DNA of 64,000 nucleotides from Octopus vulgaris (lineage: Eukaryota): positions 8,370,001 to 8,434,000 of the forward strand of contig OX597822.1 of the NCBI GenBank assembly GCA_951406725.2. Direction: 5' to 3'. The notes beneath the pieces are model-generated. The model had not been told where the DNA came from and made no database searches. It was given only the letters and a program-made list of their open reading frames with translations. Both the position numbers and the translations under genes were made by a program. This document shows positions 1-13,964 of the stretch, piece by piece. Numbering within the stretch: the stretch's first letter is position 1; each line of letters starts with the position of its first letter.

Positions 1-279
1 TTCAAACTAGTGGTTGAACATCCACATGGGTTCGCCATACACACATTCACATAACGAGCATATTAATACAAACACAGAAACAATCTCATAGGAGCATGAG
101 AGAGAGAGAGAAGAAAAGGGCAGAGTGAGAGAGACACGGAGAGTGAGAATCAAAGAAAGAGATATAATCGATTTCGAAGTTCTAACGATACTCACGAAAC
201 ATCACTCGGGCGATTATTGTCATATTGCTCAAAGGCTCGCTTGTTAAATTCTCATGCACGTAATAAATGAGGTGGATTT

Positions 280-617
280 TATAACGGAAACGCTACTACG
301 ACACCCCAGTTGATCCAATCAACGGAATAGACAGTTCGTAAAATTAACGAACAAGTTGTTGAGCACTCCACAGTCATGCGTACCCTTAACGTAGTTCTTG
401 GGAAGATTCAGCGTGACAAAGCTGGCCCTTTGGTATACAGGTACAACAGAAACAGGAAAAAGGAGTGTTGTGAAAGAGTACAGCAAGGTTCGCCACCACT
501 CCCTAGCGGAGCCTATTTTTGCTCAATAAACACTCACAGCGCTCGGTCTGAGAATCGAAACCGCGATCCTATGACCGCGTGTCCACTGCCCTAACCACTG
601 GGCCATTGCGACTCACA
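280..617 (-). mobile_element. tRNA-derived SINE (head type C, tail type D)
   Basis: The minus strand begins GTGAGTCGCAATGGCCCAGTGGTTAGGGCAG...GGTTTCGATTCTC (Pol III A/B boxes). The head matches 24897-25080 and the tail matches 29185-29330. Confidence 0.75.
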
Positions 618-699
618 ACGAAAACACTAATTGCGTAATGATACACATCCACTTGGTTAACACCTCTTTCAGCGAAAAAAACTTGCAATGATAATAAAA

Positions 700-1005
700 A
701 TAGTCGCTTCAAAGTTTTGCCACAAGGGCGGCAAGGGGGAGGGGATTAAGTCAATTACATCGACTTAATTACAGGGTGAAAGGCGAAGTCGACCTTGGAG
801 GCATTTGAACTCAGAACATAGCAACAGAGGAAATAGCGTTAAGCAACAATGATAATAATTATGATTTCAAATTTTTACTACAAAGACAGCTTGGGGGATG
901 AATTCGAAAGTTGACTTCGGTGAAATTGAAATCAGGATGTAAAGACAAGTGAAATGCCGCTAAGCATTTTGCCCGATATGCTAACGATCCTGCTACCTCA
1001 CCATC
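700..1005 (-). mobile_element. Degenerate fragments of SINE family B
   Basis: Motifs GATTAAGTCAATTACATCGAC, AAAGGCGAAGTCGACCTTGGAGGCATTTGAACTCAGAAC and GCTAAGCATTTTGCCCG are shared with the clean copy at 6645-6876. Confidence 0.65.
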
Positions 1006-1070
1006 TGACTGTAACTTGATATTGGTTTGGAATTTGGGGATAAGGACAGCAACTTTGGGGAAGAGGTCTA

Positions 1071-1526
1071 GGATCTTTTCGGTTTGACCGGCAGTTTTTT
1101 CTAGCGGCGTCATATAAAATTGTCGCCCATAACCAGGACCCTAGTATCGATCTATTGCATTTCAATCTGTTTTAGGGTTAGGGTTAGAGTAAGGGTTAGT
1201 TAGGGTTAGGGTTAGGGTTAGGGTTAGGGGTGGGGGAAGGGTATCATTTTTGCTTTAGAAATATAAAGAAACCCAATCTGTTTCTTAAACGAGGGACATA
1301 TTCATACGGAACAGAATGTTTTCACCTCAATAGACGTCATTGATTGGTTGAAATTGCAGAAATTGAAGAAAAAACCCACAAATATCTTACAAACTATAAA
1401 ATTTTCTCAATAAAGCCAAGAGAAAAAGATGCTTTATAAACACATTCTACCAGTATACGAAGTTTAAAAGTGTTTAGTTACGTGGAAATTATTTTTAAAA
1501 AACTGCCGGCCAAACCGAAAAGATCC
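1071..1526. mobile_element. MITE with 30-bp TIRs and an internal (TTAGGG)n array
   Basis: GGATCTTTTCGGTTTGACCGGCAGTTTTTT (1071-1100) matches the reverse complement of 1497-1526 with 1 mismatch. Non-coding interior. No clear TSD. Confidence 0.8.
1172..1229 (+). repeat. Interstitial telomere-type repeat (TTAGGG)n, ~9 units, partly degenerate
   Basis: Read directly: ttagggttagggttagagtaagggttagttagggttagggttagggttagggttaggg. Confidence 0.9.
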
Positions 1527-2789
1527 GAGCGCTAAATAGATTACATCGATCCCAGTGTTCAGCAGGTACATATTTTATCACCTGTGAAAGGATGAAAGAC
1601 AAAGTCGGCCTCGGCAGAATATTGTGATGTAATACTGAATTGATGTAATGAATGTTGTTCGATGTCGACGTTGTAAACAAATTGTAATGATGATGCATTC
1701 TACGATCATAGATGCTGCGTTATCAGGTTTGAGTCTTTTGCAGGTAAACACTTACAGGGCACTGAACTACAAAAACAACATAATTTCTATCTTCATAAAT
1801 ATGACACAATTTGTTGTGAGACTGATACTTAGATTGACATATAGCACCAAAACGATTTGATCTGCTGGACTTGCGGCTTAGAAAATTCTACCAAAATGTC
1901 TATTCAGACGGATTGAAATGTTTGTCGTTTTTATAAGCATTATGAATTTATTCTCACAACTGTTACGAAACCTTTGTCATTTACGTACAACCGAAAAGTA
2001 AACCATGAATAGATAGTCTGTATTATGTTTTTCTCATTTATCATACTAATGGTAAATAATTCAGGTGAGGATTTCTGATAGCATATGTAAACATAGGAAT
2101 AATTATGGAATTCACAATATTCAAGTAAAGCACTTAAAGAAATATACATGACTGAAGTAGTGTTGTTATAGAATTATTGATGTTCAGAATATATAATATC
2201 ATAATAAAAAGCAAAAAAACCAAAAAAAAAAAAAAGAAGAATAATGATCTCTAGTAATAACCAGGTACATTCTTTGAAAATATTTTTTACATGTTTCTTT
2301 TTGTACCACATTATTTATATCTTCCCTGAACATATCCATTTCATGAAACAGACGTACTTATAAATTTCCTTGTTAACAGAATATAAAAAAAAAAACAGCT
2401 AATTATTTACGGTTACCATTTCTTATTCTTTTTATATCTTTCTGCCGTTATCTCATAATTAACTCATTCATTGCTTCACACTTGCGAAAAGTTTCTGAAG
2501 ATTTACTTTCTATCTAGATTTGGGAATCAGCTGTAATTTGTATTCCATTGGTGTATGCAACTTATTCTTGACTTTTACGATCGAAGAGAGTAACATTAAT
2601 TATTAATATTTAAAAAGGCACGCAGAAACACATTACAGCTCCATATATGCTAACGTTTCTTTTTCTGCGACATTATTTCTAAAACATTTTAAAAGAACAC
2701 TCAAAAATTTTTAGTGTAGTATATAGTAAGTAAATTTCATGAGTATATAAATTAACTGTCACTCCAAAACTTGCGGCTTGCCCGTCAAA

Positions 2790-3250
2790 AAGAGTAGGCC
2801 CGAGTTATTCAATTTCGGGTAGAACTTTGTTATGAAGTATTTTTCCATATTTCTCCTGAAGGTGGTGTCATTTTTTGGACAATTGTAGAAGGGAAAGATC
2901 TTAACTTCTCCACATGTGTCTAGGTGTTTACTCAGTGGAATCTTTCGCAGTTTCTTCTTTCGGACATGTTGTCGGTGAATACTGGCTCGTTGGCATAAAG
3001 AATTTCCAGTTTCACCTACATAATTCTCCTTCCAGGTTATGCAGCATATTACGTTCTGCGTCTTGCAGTTCATTTCTGCATTTACTTTGAATGTGTGGCC
3101 ACTCTTAAATTTCATCTGTTTGTCTCCCTCTATATATTTGTAGGTGGGGTTACTGCAGATCCCACATCTACCATCTCCGCACTCTTTTACAAAGAATTCG
3201 GTTTTAGTTTCTGATGAGAATTTCGCTCTTGTTAGTTGTTTCTTCAGATT
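2790..3250 (-). pseudogene. Penelope-like element fragment: Cys-rich linker plus GIY-YIG endonuclease
   Basis: In-frame NLKKQLTRAK...CGDGRCGIC...NCKTQNVICCITW..NYVGETGNSLCQRASIHRQH...LSKH...RRNMEKYFI...LN. This is the typical PLE C-terminal architecture. No RT portion is present. Confidence 0.85.
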
Positions 3251-4070
3251 TTACGTTTATATTTGCAACAGTCTCTCATTCCCGCTCGCTTCTATTTTCA
3301 TTAATGTTAAAATGTTAATTTAATAATATCTATATATAACTTTGATACGCGACACAATTTCAAGAATATTATCAGTTTTCGGAATTTGTTAAATGAATAT
3401 TGATTTTGTGTTGCTATTACAGAATATAACCGCTTAACTTTGATACAAAGCACAATTTCAAGAATATTTTCAGTTTCATTTCCGGAGATAAAAGAATATT
3501 TCTGATAAAATGAAAATTCTTTAATATACCGGTATAACCGTTTTTTATGTACTTTACCCTCTGCAATTTCGGATTTCTCTAAGTCCCTATTTGTCATCAA
3601 TTTCTTTAACTTCCCCCCAAAGTATCGATTGCTTACTTTTGCATGTTTGCACTCAAAAGCAAACCAAAGTCTTTTTTCGTGCAACATATATATATACTTT
3701 ACTTTATTTCTTAGGGTTTCACCGTTCATCAACCATTAAGCCATACATCCCTCCATTAGTACTGCCCCACCTCTACATACCAGCATAACCCATTTATTTT
3801 CAAGAAGCACAGTGTCCCTATATATTTATGCCAAACTGCCTACAACCCTCTTCCTGTTTACTCATATACTTATATATGTACACATATAAATACAGCCCCA
3901 AAAGTCCCTTTTTTATTCTGTTGGCCTCAACATTGATATAAACTGATACGAAATATGTTTGCAGAAAACCATAATACTTTTGAACATGGCCTTTTCATTG
4001 AGGCAGCGAATCTATATGTGTGTTGTTTAGAGTTATCAACAAATATTATAGGATTGGTAAGAACAATTTC

Positions 4071-4362
4071 GTGGGGGCACATGGCCTCACGGTCGAGGGA
4101 TCGCGGGTTCGAATCACAGACTGGGCGATGTTTGTGTTTATGAGCGAAACACCTCAGTTCCAAGCGGCTCCGACAGAAAGTAATCGCGAACTTCTGTTGA
4201 CTCTTTCGCCACAGCTTTTTCTCACTTTTTCCTCCTGCATCTACCTGCTCACCTGCGACGGACTTGCGTCCTTTCCATGTGGGGAAACTATATGCCAATG
4301 AAATCGGGAAACCGTCCCTAATGGGCCAGGCATTGCTCAAGAAGGAACAAACAACAAGAACA
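4071..4362 (+). mobile_element. tRNA-derived SINE (head type C, distinct tail ending in (CAA)n)
   Basis: B box GGTTCGAATC. Body GAGCGAAACACCT...GGCTCCG...ACTCTTTCGCCACA is shared with the 24897 copy, followed by a different 3' half. Confidence 0.7.
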
Positions 4363-4749
4363 ATTTCAGCTTCTACATTACCGGATTTATAGCCATGAAA
4401 CAGAGTTGCTGATATTCCTGTTTGAGATATCAAACGATTGAGCAATCTTTCATCTACTAACGTAAAGTAAGTTTGTTTTTTTTTGCACAACAACCATATT
4501 TTTCTACAAAAATCAACACCAACATGAGGCTGGGTCACACAATTTTGAGGTCATTTTGGGGGCAATATTAGGATTTCTTTCTAATCTTAGCTGCCATTGA
4601 ACATATTTTTTCTGTTTCAAACATTTCAGCATCGTTCATCAGAAAATGACCGAAAAACATTGTTTACAGATTTGTTTGCCTGATACTTCTCGTGTGCCGA
4701 TTCTGCCCATAAAAAAGGAACAAATAATACAATGGGACTGTAGGTCATA

Positions 4750-4780
4750 GCAACCGGGTAACGCCGAGGTGTATTGCTAG
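4750..4780 (+). mobile_element. Helitron-type 3' terminus (GC hairpin plus CTAG|T); 5' end not located
   Basis: CCGGGTAACGCCGAGGTGTATTGCTAG|T resembles the 3' ends of the elements at 56858 and 58592. Confidence 0.45.
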
Positions 4781-6644
4781 TATACATACATTTCTGAAAT
4801 GTTCCCATACAATATTTCTCACAATATACATATCTCCTATCCAGTCTGAAAATTACCTGATGTCAGTAGATTAAGCTATTACATGAGTGGAACACCATTG
4901 CCATCAAACAATTCGTTTAGTAAAGTACAGCAGCTTTCTATCTTTGAGCCCGAAAATATCTAACGACGTGTTAATGTTTTAAATGCTGACTGTTATATAA
5001 CAGAAATGAAATTAATGTTTTGAATTCATAAGTAATAAATTCACCCGCTCAAGTTATTAAAAATCTGTTTCGGACATATCACACATTAGGCCTGCTATAG
5101 AACGCAGAGATTATTATTATATCAAAGAATATTCTCATTCTTAATTTTGTGTTGAAAGTAAATAATTTCTGACATTCTCTTATTATGTTGAAATATTTCT
5201 ATTAGAGATGGGGAGTTTTCATGCTGAAGTTAAATTAACATTATAAATTAGATAGCTATGTGAGGAGGAAATTAATTTAAAATGAATAATATCGTGCATG
5301 AATCTCTAACCGTATGTACCTCATGCGCTTTTTATAGAGAAATCCTCCCTGCTCTAGGAACTGGACATTTTCGCGAAAATATACACAGAAGCAGATTTGG
5401 ACGTCTTTATATAATCCAAGGACAGTACTTCATATCGTTCGCGCATATGAAGCACAGTCCACATCTCCTTATATGATAGCTCTGAGGAAAAAAGGTTAAT
5501 TTCACTACATGTGTTGCAATGTTTTTTCACGAGCATCTAACCTCACTTTATGAGATGCAATTTATTTCATATTCCCGGTTTAGCTACAAGTATTCTTAGC
5601 AATACTTTTATTAAACAGCGTTGTACCATTCAGGGTATACTGGAAAAGCTGATCTATTAATCAGGGGCAGGATCTGCTTATTGCCTAGTCGACATTGACA
5701 TGGAAAGTTGGAGGGTAAAAAAATAGGTATCTTTCTTAGTATTTTGTGAAACGCAAGATTCTGTTGTAGATCAATGTATCTTTAAAACCACTGTCTTCAA
5801 TAATATTGTTGTGTTAAGGAATTATCTAACAATGATTTTTTGTATGGCTAACTGATTTGAAACAATTCAGGGGACAGCCTGCGGAAGGTTTGTGAACGGA
5901 AAATATATACGTGAACCTATAATCAGTTATTTGAAAAGGGCTTTTCAGAAACACTGTGGAGATCTGTTCTAACCTCAGGTATTTAATTAATGTGCGCTAA
6001 ATATCTTGAGTAATTTGAAGGCCAAAAGATATGGAGTGTTTAACATAAGTTTCTTAGTATTTGTATCGACTGGCTATTAATGTGCATGACGATAGCCTAC
6101 ACATCATTTTGGCATGGATCGAATCTATCAGAAAAGATACTTCTTTTCAAGAAGTCTAATATATATAATCGTCTGTGTTGCCAGAGGATTCATTTCAAAG
6201 ATTTATGGAAATATCTCTGTTTAATCCCATGATCCAAACTGAGCTCTTGTCAAATAAAAGCGTCTTTCTGGCGTGGAATATAATTTCGAACTCTTTGTCG
6301 GTAAGGAAGTTTATATACCAGCTATTACTAGAGATTTATCGCGTACCACCTTAGATAACGATGAATAATTAAACAAAACTGAACAAATTAATGCGTATGT
6401 ATAACGATCGTCGATCTCATCTCTTACAATATTGAACAAAGAAATTATTTCGTGGGAGTTATTCCATTCGTGGGAAATATCCCATTCATAGAATTAGTAT
6501 GATTCTCAACTTATCACTAATAACCATACTCTCTGATTCCACCAATCTCAGGCTTAGCAAAATGTGTTAATCTAATTAAGAACTGTGGCAACACTCCTTT
6601 TATTTCATGCAGGTTTTATTTTTAGTTTGTATCTCTACAGTACC

Positions 6645-6876
6645 TATTTCTTTATTACCCACAAGGGGCTAAACGCAGAGGGGACAAACAAGGACAGACA
6701 TAGGTATTAAGTCGATTACATCGACCCCATTGCGTAACTGGTACTTAATTAATCGACCCCGAAAGGATGAAAGGAAAAGTCGACCTCGGCGGAATTTGAA
6801 CTCAGAACGTAACGGCAGAGGAAATACGGCTACGCAATTCGTCCGACGTGCTAACGTTTCTGCCAGCTCGCCGCCT
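6645..6876 (-). mobile_element. SINE family B, full length, 9-bp TSD
   Basis: Flanked by TACAGTACC at 6636-6644 and 6877-6885. The minus strand begins GGCGGCGAGCTGGCAGAAACGTTAGCAC and carries a GAGTTCAAATTCC B box. Confidence 0.9.
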
Positions 6877-7513
6877 TACAGTACCATGACCGCCTAAAAT
6901 TATAAGATTTTGCTTAGATTCTGTAGTTATATTCGTATAAATCCGAGAGTTTTCGATTAATTTGGGGTGAGTTTGTAACCAAGTAGCTAGCTCAATTCAC
7001 CTCCTACGCAATATTCTTTAAATTTTATTTGTGTATGCGTGTGACAGAAACAGAGTGTGCCTCTACTGTGTGTGCGTATGTGTGTGTGTGTATAATTAAT
7101 ATCGTTGATTTAAATCACTGTGTTGAGAAATTTTGTTACCATAGCTACGGTAGTTGTACTGATTTGTTTATTTAAAAGAAACGTGTGTTACAATGCAGAA
7201 CATAAGTACATTGAAGTAAAGTTGTAACATATATACTGAAAGGTATCCCAGATAATAACCTAAAAGTGTGCGCGTCACATCAATTCTGCTAATAAGTTTC
7301 ATAATTAAGTGTTTTGTTTCTCAAACTTTAATGCATCATTACAGTCAGTAATTAGTGCAATATTTCGCGAGTATATGTAGATTTGATATAATCTAAAGAC
7401 TGAATATTGGGAATTCGATGCACAAACTCCAGTTATATGAAAGGGGATGCACTGAAAATTCGATTAATATTTCCTCTCGAAATATGTGTCCTTAATTATA
7501 TAGCCGTTCCCGA

Positions 7514-7746
7514 GGGCGGTGAGCTGGCAGAAATGTTAGCGCGCCGGGCGAAATGCTTAGCAGTATTTCGTCTGTTGTTACGTTCTGAGTTTAAACTCCG
7601 CCGAGGTCGACTTTGCGTTTCATCCTTTCGGGGTCGATAAATAAAATAGCAGTTTCGCTCTGGGGTTGATGTAATCGACTTCATCCCTTTGTCTGTCCTT
7701 GTTTGTCCCCTCTATGTTTAGCCCCTATTGAGTAGTAAATAAATAT
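7514..7746 (+). mobile_element. SINE family B, full length
   Basis: GGCGGTGAGCTGGCAGAAATGTTAGC...GAGTTTAAACTCCGCCGAGGTCGAC...TTTGTCCCCTCTATGTTTAGCCCC. Degenerate TSD TAGCCGT on both sides. Confidence 0.9.
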
Positions 7747-10700
7747 ATTTAGCCGTCTCCAACTATATGATACTAAACTCACAGCCTCACGGGGAAATGT
7801 TCCTCAGACTAAGTGTCGTATTCTGGTCAGCCACGCTACTAGATTAAGTGTTGTATCCTTGTCATTTACGATAATATGAGACTTTTTTCTATTGATAAAA
7901 CAGAAGTGTGCCTTCGTTTACGATGTAAAAAATAAGGAAATACAAATATTGACACATTATACCAATTTCTAACTTCTAAAAGGAAAATATTTATAATCAG
8001 TAGAGCTGACAATACAAGAAATACGTCGTTTCTGGACCTGCTACATTTATCAACCAATTCTACCCATTGTCTTCCGAAAATGGCACGTTTGTCCTAATAC
8101 GTCAGGATAAAAATATAGTATGATCATTATTTTGAGGATTTTAATCTCTTTGGTCATAAGTCAACTTGGTCAAGGAAAACCAAGGACTAAACCAGAATAA
8201 CAATTTAAACCTAAACGTGTCTGTTTATACTATCAAGCAGTCAGGACATGACTTTAAATTTATAGGAATTAATGAAAGATTAATGAAGTATATTATCACA
8301 CTTGATTGATAATATCTTCATCCTAACATCACTCACCGAAGTTTTTGGCTCTGAATCTCCCAAACAAAATTATACAGTTTGATGACTCCATCAAAACTAT
8401 CTATTCAATTGCTTCCATCTCAGAAAATGATTTGTAGTAGATTATGTAATTGGTGTGTGGCCAAGAAACATCTCATCTTCTAATATTATAGCAGACAGTA
8501 TTCTTGTGAATTAAGCCTTGACATATTGAAAACTGTTGACTTGGGGTCCATGCTCTTTACAAAATATTTCTTTAGATGAAGGCTATTATAATGTGCCCAA
8601 TATAAATTTTCTGAGGCTGAAAACATTTTGGCTTTCGTTCTATGTTTTTCATTCTTCAATTACCAGGCCATTTCTATATATTCCTTATGCTTCATCCAGT
8701 GGTTTTATCAGCTTTGCTACTCCTTGACACAAAAAATAGAAAGCACTGATATATCTTTAATATCATCACACATATTCCATGTGAGTTCCTTGCATCTTAT
8801 AAATTGTTCTGTCTTTATAGGTCCCATTTGGGCCAGTGGCATGTGAAACATAGAGTGATGTTTTGTTGTGGATATTGCTAATCGTAACTGAATATATATC
8901 TGCGGGCTGAGAGACGCGAAAATTGCTCCAGTAGTGGGTAACTGAATGTTTGACGATTTGTCTCCTCTCGTATGTATACAAACAGTTATTGCGAATAATC
9001 ACGTGGCTGCATAAGATACCCGTTATATATAATAGAAGTAATATTCAATTAAAATTGTAATTATGAACAAGAAAATAACGTTGTAACCAATATGTGATTG
9101 CTGTAAAATCTCTGTAGTATTGTAAACTAATATGTACGACAGAGAATTCAGATTTTTCTGTTAAAGAGGCCCAAAGCGAATAATACAAAAAGTAAATTTG
9201 TTACTGAAAGAACGGAAAATTATAATTGCAGATATAATATAAATACCGAAAATTTTCCGAAATTCATTTGATAGCATCAGAATTTATTAATAATGAAAAG
9301 CGATATACAATTAAAAATGATGCATTAATCTCGAATGTACTATCAATTACAAGAACTAGGGTATGTAAGATGTGGGTTCCGATGCATGTATTTATATTGA
9401 TGGTGTAAGTAGTAATTTAACATTTTAGATACACAAATTATATTTATACATACTGAATAGTAATGGCTTCTTATTCTGCGTATATTCTATTCGTAAGTGT
9501 AAAAGAAGAAAAAGAATTCTTGTTTACCTAAACATTTATCTTCACTATTTTATTTGAATTTCAAGTTTTAGGATTGGTGTTGTTTGTTTTTAAGTAATTT
9601 AACGCATTCCTGTTATATTCATTTTCATCAAATATACATAGTACTTAACAGGAAGCAAATCTTGCAAAAGTTGGTTCAAATATGAATTTAAATACAATTT
9701 TATAAGTAAAACAAAATTATTTATTAGTAGGTCAACTATTGTATATTGAATTAGTTAACCCTTAATCTAATTTTCTTCTAACAAACATATATGAATTAAA
9801 ATCAATACGTCTTGAAACTAAAAGCTAGACATACAGCGATGTTTGACCTTTGCTCTTCTGATAATTTTTGGTCAAATCTTAACAAGTGAGGTAAAATATT
9901 TGATAAAATGATAAGTGACATCTGATAAAAGTTCCATAACATAGAGATGGCAAGAGAACTGTAAAGTCAATTCAATAATTTAATTAATAAATTATATTTA
10001 AAAAGGATTTGATTTCGTAAATGAACCGTGTCTTTCCGTTTCGTCATTAGCAAATATAATGTAATATAAACCTGGGAGTTGATAAACCAACTTGTTGTTT
10101 CAAAATGGAAATCTTGTGCGAAGTGTTATGACCGCTTCAAATAATAGTCATCGTGGTATTTAAAGATGTTTGGTGCAATTGTTTTCGAATGATATAAGTA
10201 TGTAAGCAAGCTACTTGATTTTATGCTCATAGAGATTACGATACGCTAATTTTAATAAGTAACAAACAATTTTGTTTTCTGCTTTAGGAGTAATTACATG
10301 GCTGGACATGATGCTAGCCACTTGGTTGCCAATGTAAATGCTCACATGAAAAACACAGTTGTCCGTTTGCTCGTCAGATACCCACAAGACATCTTGCTTT
10401 AGAATTGGTTAGTGTTATGTATTCACTGTATTGCCGTACCATTATAATTAGTTCGTATAAGATATTTAAAAATGAAGAGTGATAAAGGATGACGTAGAAT
10501 TTTCTTCGCAACGACGACCTTAGATCCTAATCCGTATGCTGGATAAATAATATAATTTGCATTCTGATATACTGACATATTTCTGCGATTTATATTTCCA
10601 AACATGTTCTGAAACTTATGTGTCATTTTTGTTCTTGAAGATGGAACATTGTCTATTGCTTTGTAGGGATTCATACTAAGTGTCCTTATGCTACCCCTAT

Positions 10701-12129
10701 ATAGCATGCTAATATTTTGGACATGAAATCGATGCCTTATGCTATACAGCAGGAGATATTTTTCTTTGTAGAACATTCTGTTATGCTATGGTAACCGATA
10801 CCTACTTACGATCTTATGATGCTGAATATGTTTCGAAAACATCGGAAGATCAGAGATATGTTATTTTTTTGAACAATTAGTAGAGAATATAAAAACTCGT
10901 ACGAAAATATGCGAACGAAGGGAACGAATATTTTTACAGGACATGTTATTACCAAGCTATTGTGGTAAAGTTGTATAATACAACATTCCCCGTACGCGCT
11001 CTTTAAATAATATTGTCGTTCGTCTTCCATTAATTTGTCTACGTAGTAACTGCATTGCTTTACTTGGTACTTTTCAGTCCCTGTTGAATGGGGCTTTGTT
11101 CAGGGATGATGTAATTAAGTTTGACTGAGGTTATCGAGGGCTTGGTAGCTTCGTTATATATGGAGGTATATTACAGCACTCTTTTCAACGGTTCTTGTGA
11201 CTCCCGATGTTAAGTCACGTGTATCGACGGGAACAGTTTCCTTTACCTGGTACTGTTGTAACATGTAATCTTGTAAAAGTTATGTGTGTACTGAGTTCTT
11301 TCAGATCCAATTTAAACGCTGGAAATAGGTAGAACATTCAAAGTAATTTTGTTCTGGAACTATCTGTCTTTTCTTCGCCTATATTCATTCAATGATGATT
11401 AAATGATGATTTTCGCATCAAACGATGCTTTAATTACTATCGAAAACACAGTGTGCACTTGTTATATTTCCCTCGTCTTATCTTACGGTAAAATTCAACA
11501 GCCGAAAAGAAAGGTGTTTACCTCGAAAGAAACTGAATAAAATACATCGATTTATGTTATGTTTTAACAACATTATACATTACTAAATATTCTTCAAAAA
11601 CACAATAGATTAAAAAGGCATCTAACCAATGCGAGAGCTTATTGTGTTCTGGCTGCAAGAAATAAATCACATACTGCTCCAAACACATTTAAAAATCGGA
11701 AGAAAAAGACAGATAGAAGCACAGATATTATGTGTACAACCATAAACACTGAACCAGAACAGTTTACGCTAATGAACTCATGTTATACTAAGAATGCCTC
11801 ATATATTAAGAACTTTCAGTAACCCAGGTGTAGTTTAATTTTCCTTCCTTCGTCGTTCAGTGTTACTCTTTTCTGCGTTGGTCGTTCTAAGAAGATTGAC
11901 AGTTGACCAAAAATGCATATTTCCCCTACTCACGACAACGATATTGTTTAATGCAAATATGGCCACCTTTAGGATAATACTAACTGCCAACAGTGTAGGC
12001 GCATAAGACGCTCTCAGAAGTTAAAGCCGAGACACATCGGGCAAAGCATCTAGACCTACGTTCTACCAGTCCCGCATTTCTGTCACTCAAAATTTGTAAA
12101 AATAAGTTAACTTCGACTGGATTTCTAGT

Positions 12130-13210
12130 CAGAGAAGTAGAAGAAATACAGAGAGACATTTTATATGTTTAATAACTCTCTCAATGAATATATATCCACT
12201 ACAATTTATTACAAGTTGACGTTGTCCTATATAGATCAATATCGAAGACCGGACAATGCAAAAAATATAAAATAAATAAGTGTAACTGGATACACAAAAC
12301 AATCCATATACGAACGCAGACAAATGAATTCACAACCATATCGGCATATAATTAACTCAAAATGTCGCTTGAAATATAATTATAAATAGATTTAATAGCC
12401 GATAGGACATACAAATCCTCGTTTCTGAACGCACTCTTCATACCGACGGAAGCAGAATTTCAAATAAATGTCAATAACTCACGAAATATATACATGAAGT
12501 TGAATATTAATTATCAAGCTCATAAAAGTGTAGAGACATAACATTTTACAAATCCCAAAACTATAATTTATAATACAATGTGTCCCGATGAAATACACGA
12601 ACAGAAGTATTTGCTAAATCTAAGAGAATGTCCCAACACACAGCACCAAAGAATCATTCTAAGCACATTAGCAAAAGTTACTCAACCGAAAAATACATTT
12701 TACATTGTGAAACACTCCTTCTTATATAATTATACATTTAATTAATTTCACAGTTAAATTTACGTACACAAACAAACAAGTCATTAAAATTTGCAAAAAA
12801 TCATGATGCAAACAATTTATTCACTTACTGAAACACCACAATAATATTTAAAAACACAAGATGATGATATGTTAAAACAAACTTTACAAACGAATGTACT
12901 AACACGAAACTGAATAAATACATACAAACAGATTTTAATAGTTTAACAAAAGAATTCAAGACAAAAATTTAAAAAATCACAGCTTTCCTATAAAAAAAAT
13001 ACATTAGTTGAACCCCATATTATAAACTCTTTTTAAACTATTATAAATCTGTAAGGCAAAATAAGTACACACATAAATAAAGCAAGAAATCATCAAACGG
13101 CATCAAGCATAAGCATGCAATTACGTCTTTATCACAAATATAAATATACCACCGACTTAGAATTTAGGGGCCCATGCACAAAGATCAAAATAGTAGAAAA
13201 TACAGGTCGC
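12130..13210 (+). pseudogene. Possible highly decayed non-LTR retrotransposon 3' region (CR1/RTEX-like)
   Basis: A-rich, strand-biased segment. Short translated patches KHAITSLS...YHRLRI resemble the conserved 'R.A...LR.S.H.L.IE.GR' C-terminal motif. Many stops. Confidence 0.3.
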
Positions 13211-13246
13211 AAGAAAAAAAAGGGTAATTATATATATATATATATA

Positions 13247-13638
13247 GGCGTAGGAGTGGCTGTAAGGCAAGTAGCTTGCTTACGAACCACATGGTTCTTG
13301 TTCAGTCCCACTGCGTGGCCCCTTGGACAAGTGTCTTCTACTATAGCCTCGGACCAACCAAAGCCTTGTGAGTGAATTTGGTAGACGGAAACTGAAAAGA
13401 AGCCCATCGTTTATATGTATATGTATATACATATCTGTGTGTTTGTCCCCACCAACATCGCTTGACAACTGATGCTGGTGTGTTTACGTTCCCGTAACTT
13501 AGCGGTTCGGTAAAAGAGACCAATAGAATAAGTACTAGGCTTACAAAGAATAAGTCTTGGGGTCGATTTGCTTGACAAAAAGTGGCGCCCCAGCATGGCC
13601 ACAGTCAAATGACTGAAACAAGTAAAAGAGTATAGAGT
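13247..13638 (+). mobile_element. SINE family A (tRNA-derived, internal TA/TG microsatellite, GTAAAAGA tail)
   Basis: Co-linear with the copies at 35925, 57566 and 62644: GGCGTAGGAGTGGCTGT...GTTCAGTCCCACTGCGTGG...CAGTCAAATGACTGAAACAAGTAAAAGAG. Confidence 0.9.
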
Positions 13639-13964
13639 AATATGTGTGTATATATATATATAAATTAAATTATAGATAAAACCACTATTAGGCAAATCAA
13701 ACAGAGATAAACATAAACCAAAACATAAAAATAAAAATAATTATTATAATTTACAAAATATAAAATATAGAATTTAAATTTAAAATTATTTGAATTTAAA
13801 ATTATTAATTTATATTTATATTTATAATTTTTTTAAATAATCATATATAACTATCAAAAAGTATTAAAACGTTTATAAAAAAAAAACAGATATATAATAA
13901 CAGATAATAACCTTGTTTATCAAAGAAATGCTAGGCGGATGAATATAAACCTTCTTTTCTATAA

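Noticed and set aside
1172-1229. True telomere or chromosome fusion scar
   Set aside because: The array is short, in a single orientation and enclosed by TIRs.
3307-3732. 141-aa minus-strand ORF next to the GIY-YIG fragment
   Set aside because: It has no recognisable motif, is AT-rich with a short internal duplication, and is not in frame or clearly continuous with the PLE ORF.
10289-10413. Candidate host exon (polypyrimidine-AG ... GTTAGT)
   Set aside because: All three frames contain a stop and there is no recognisable protein. A non-coding exon cannot be excluded but is unsupported.
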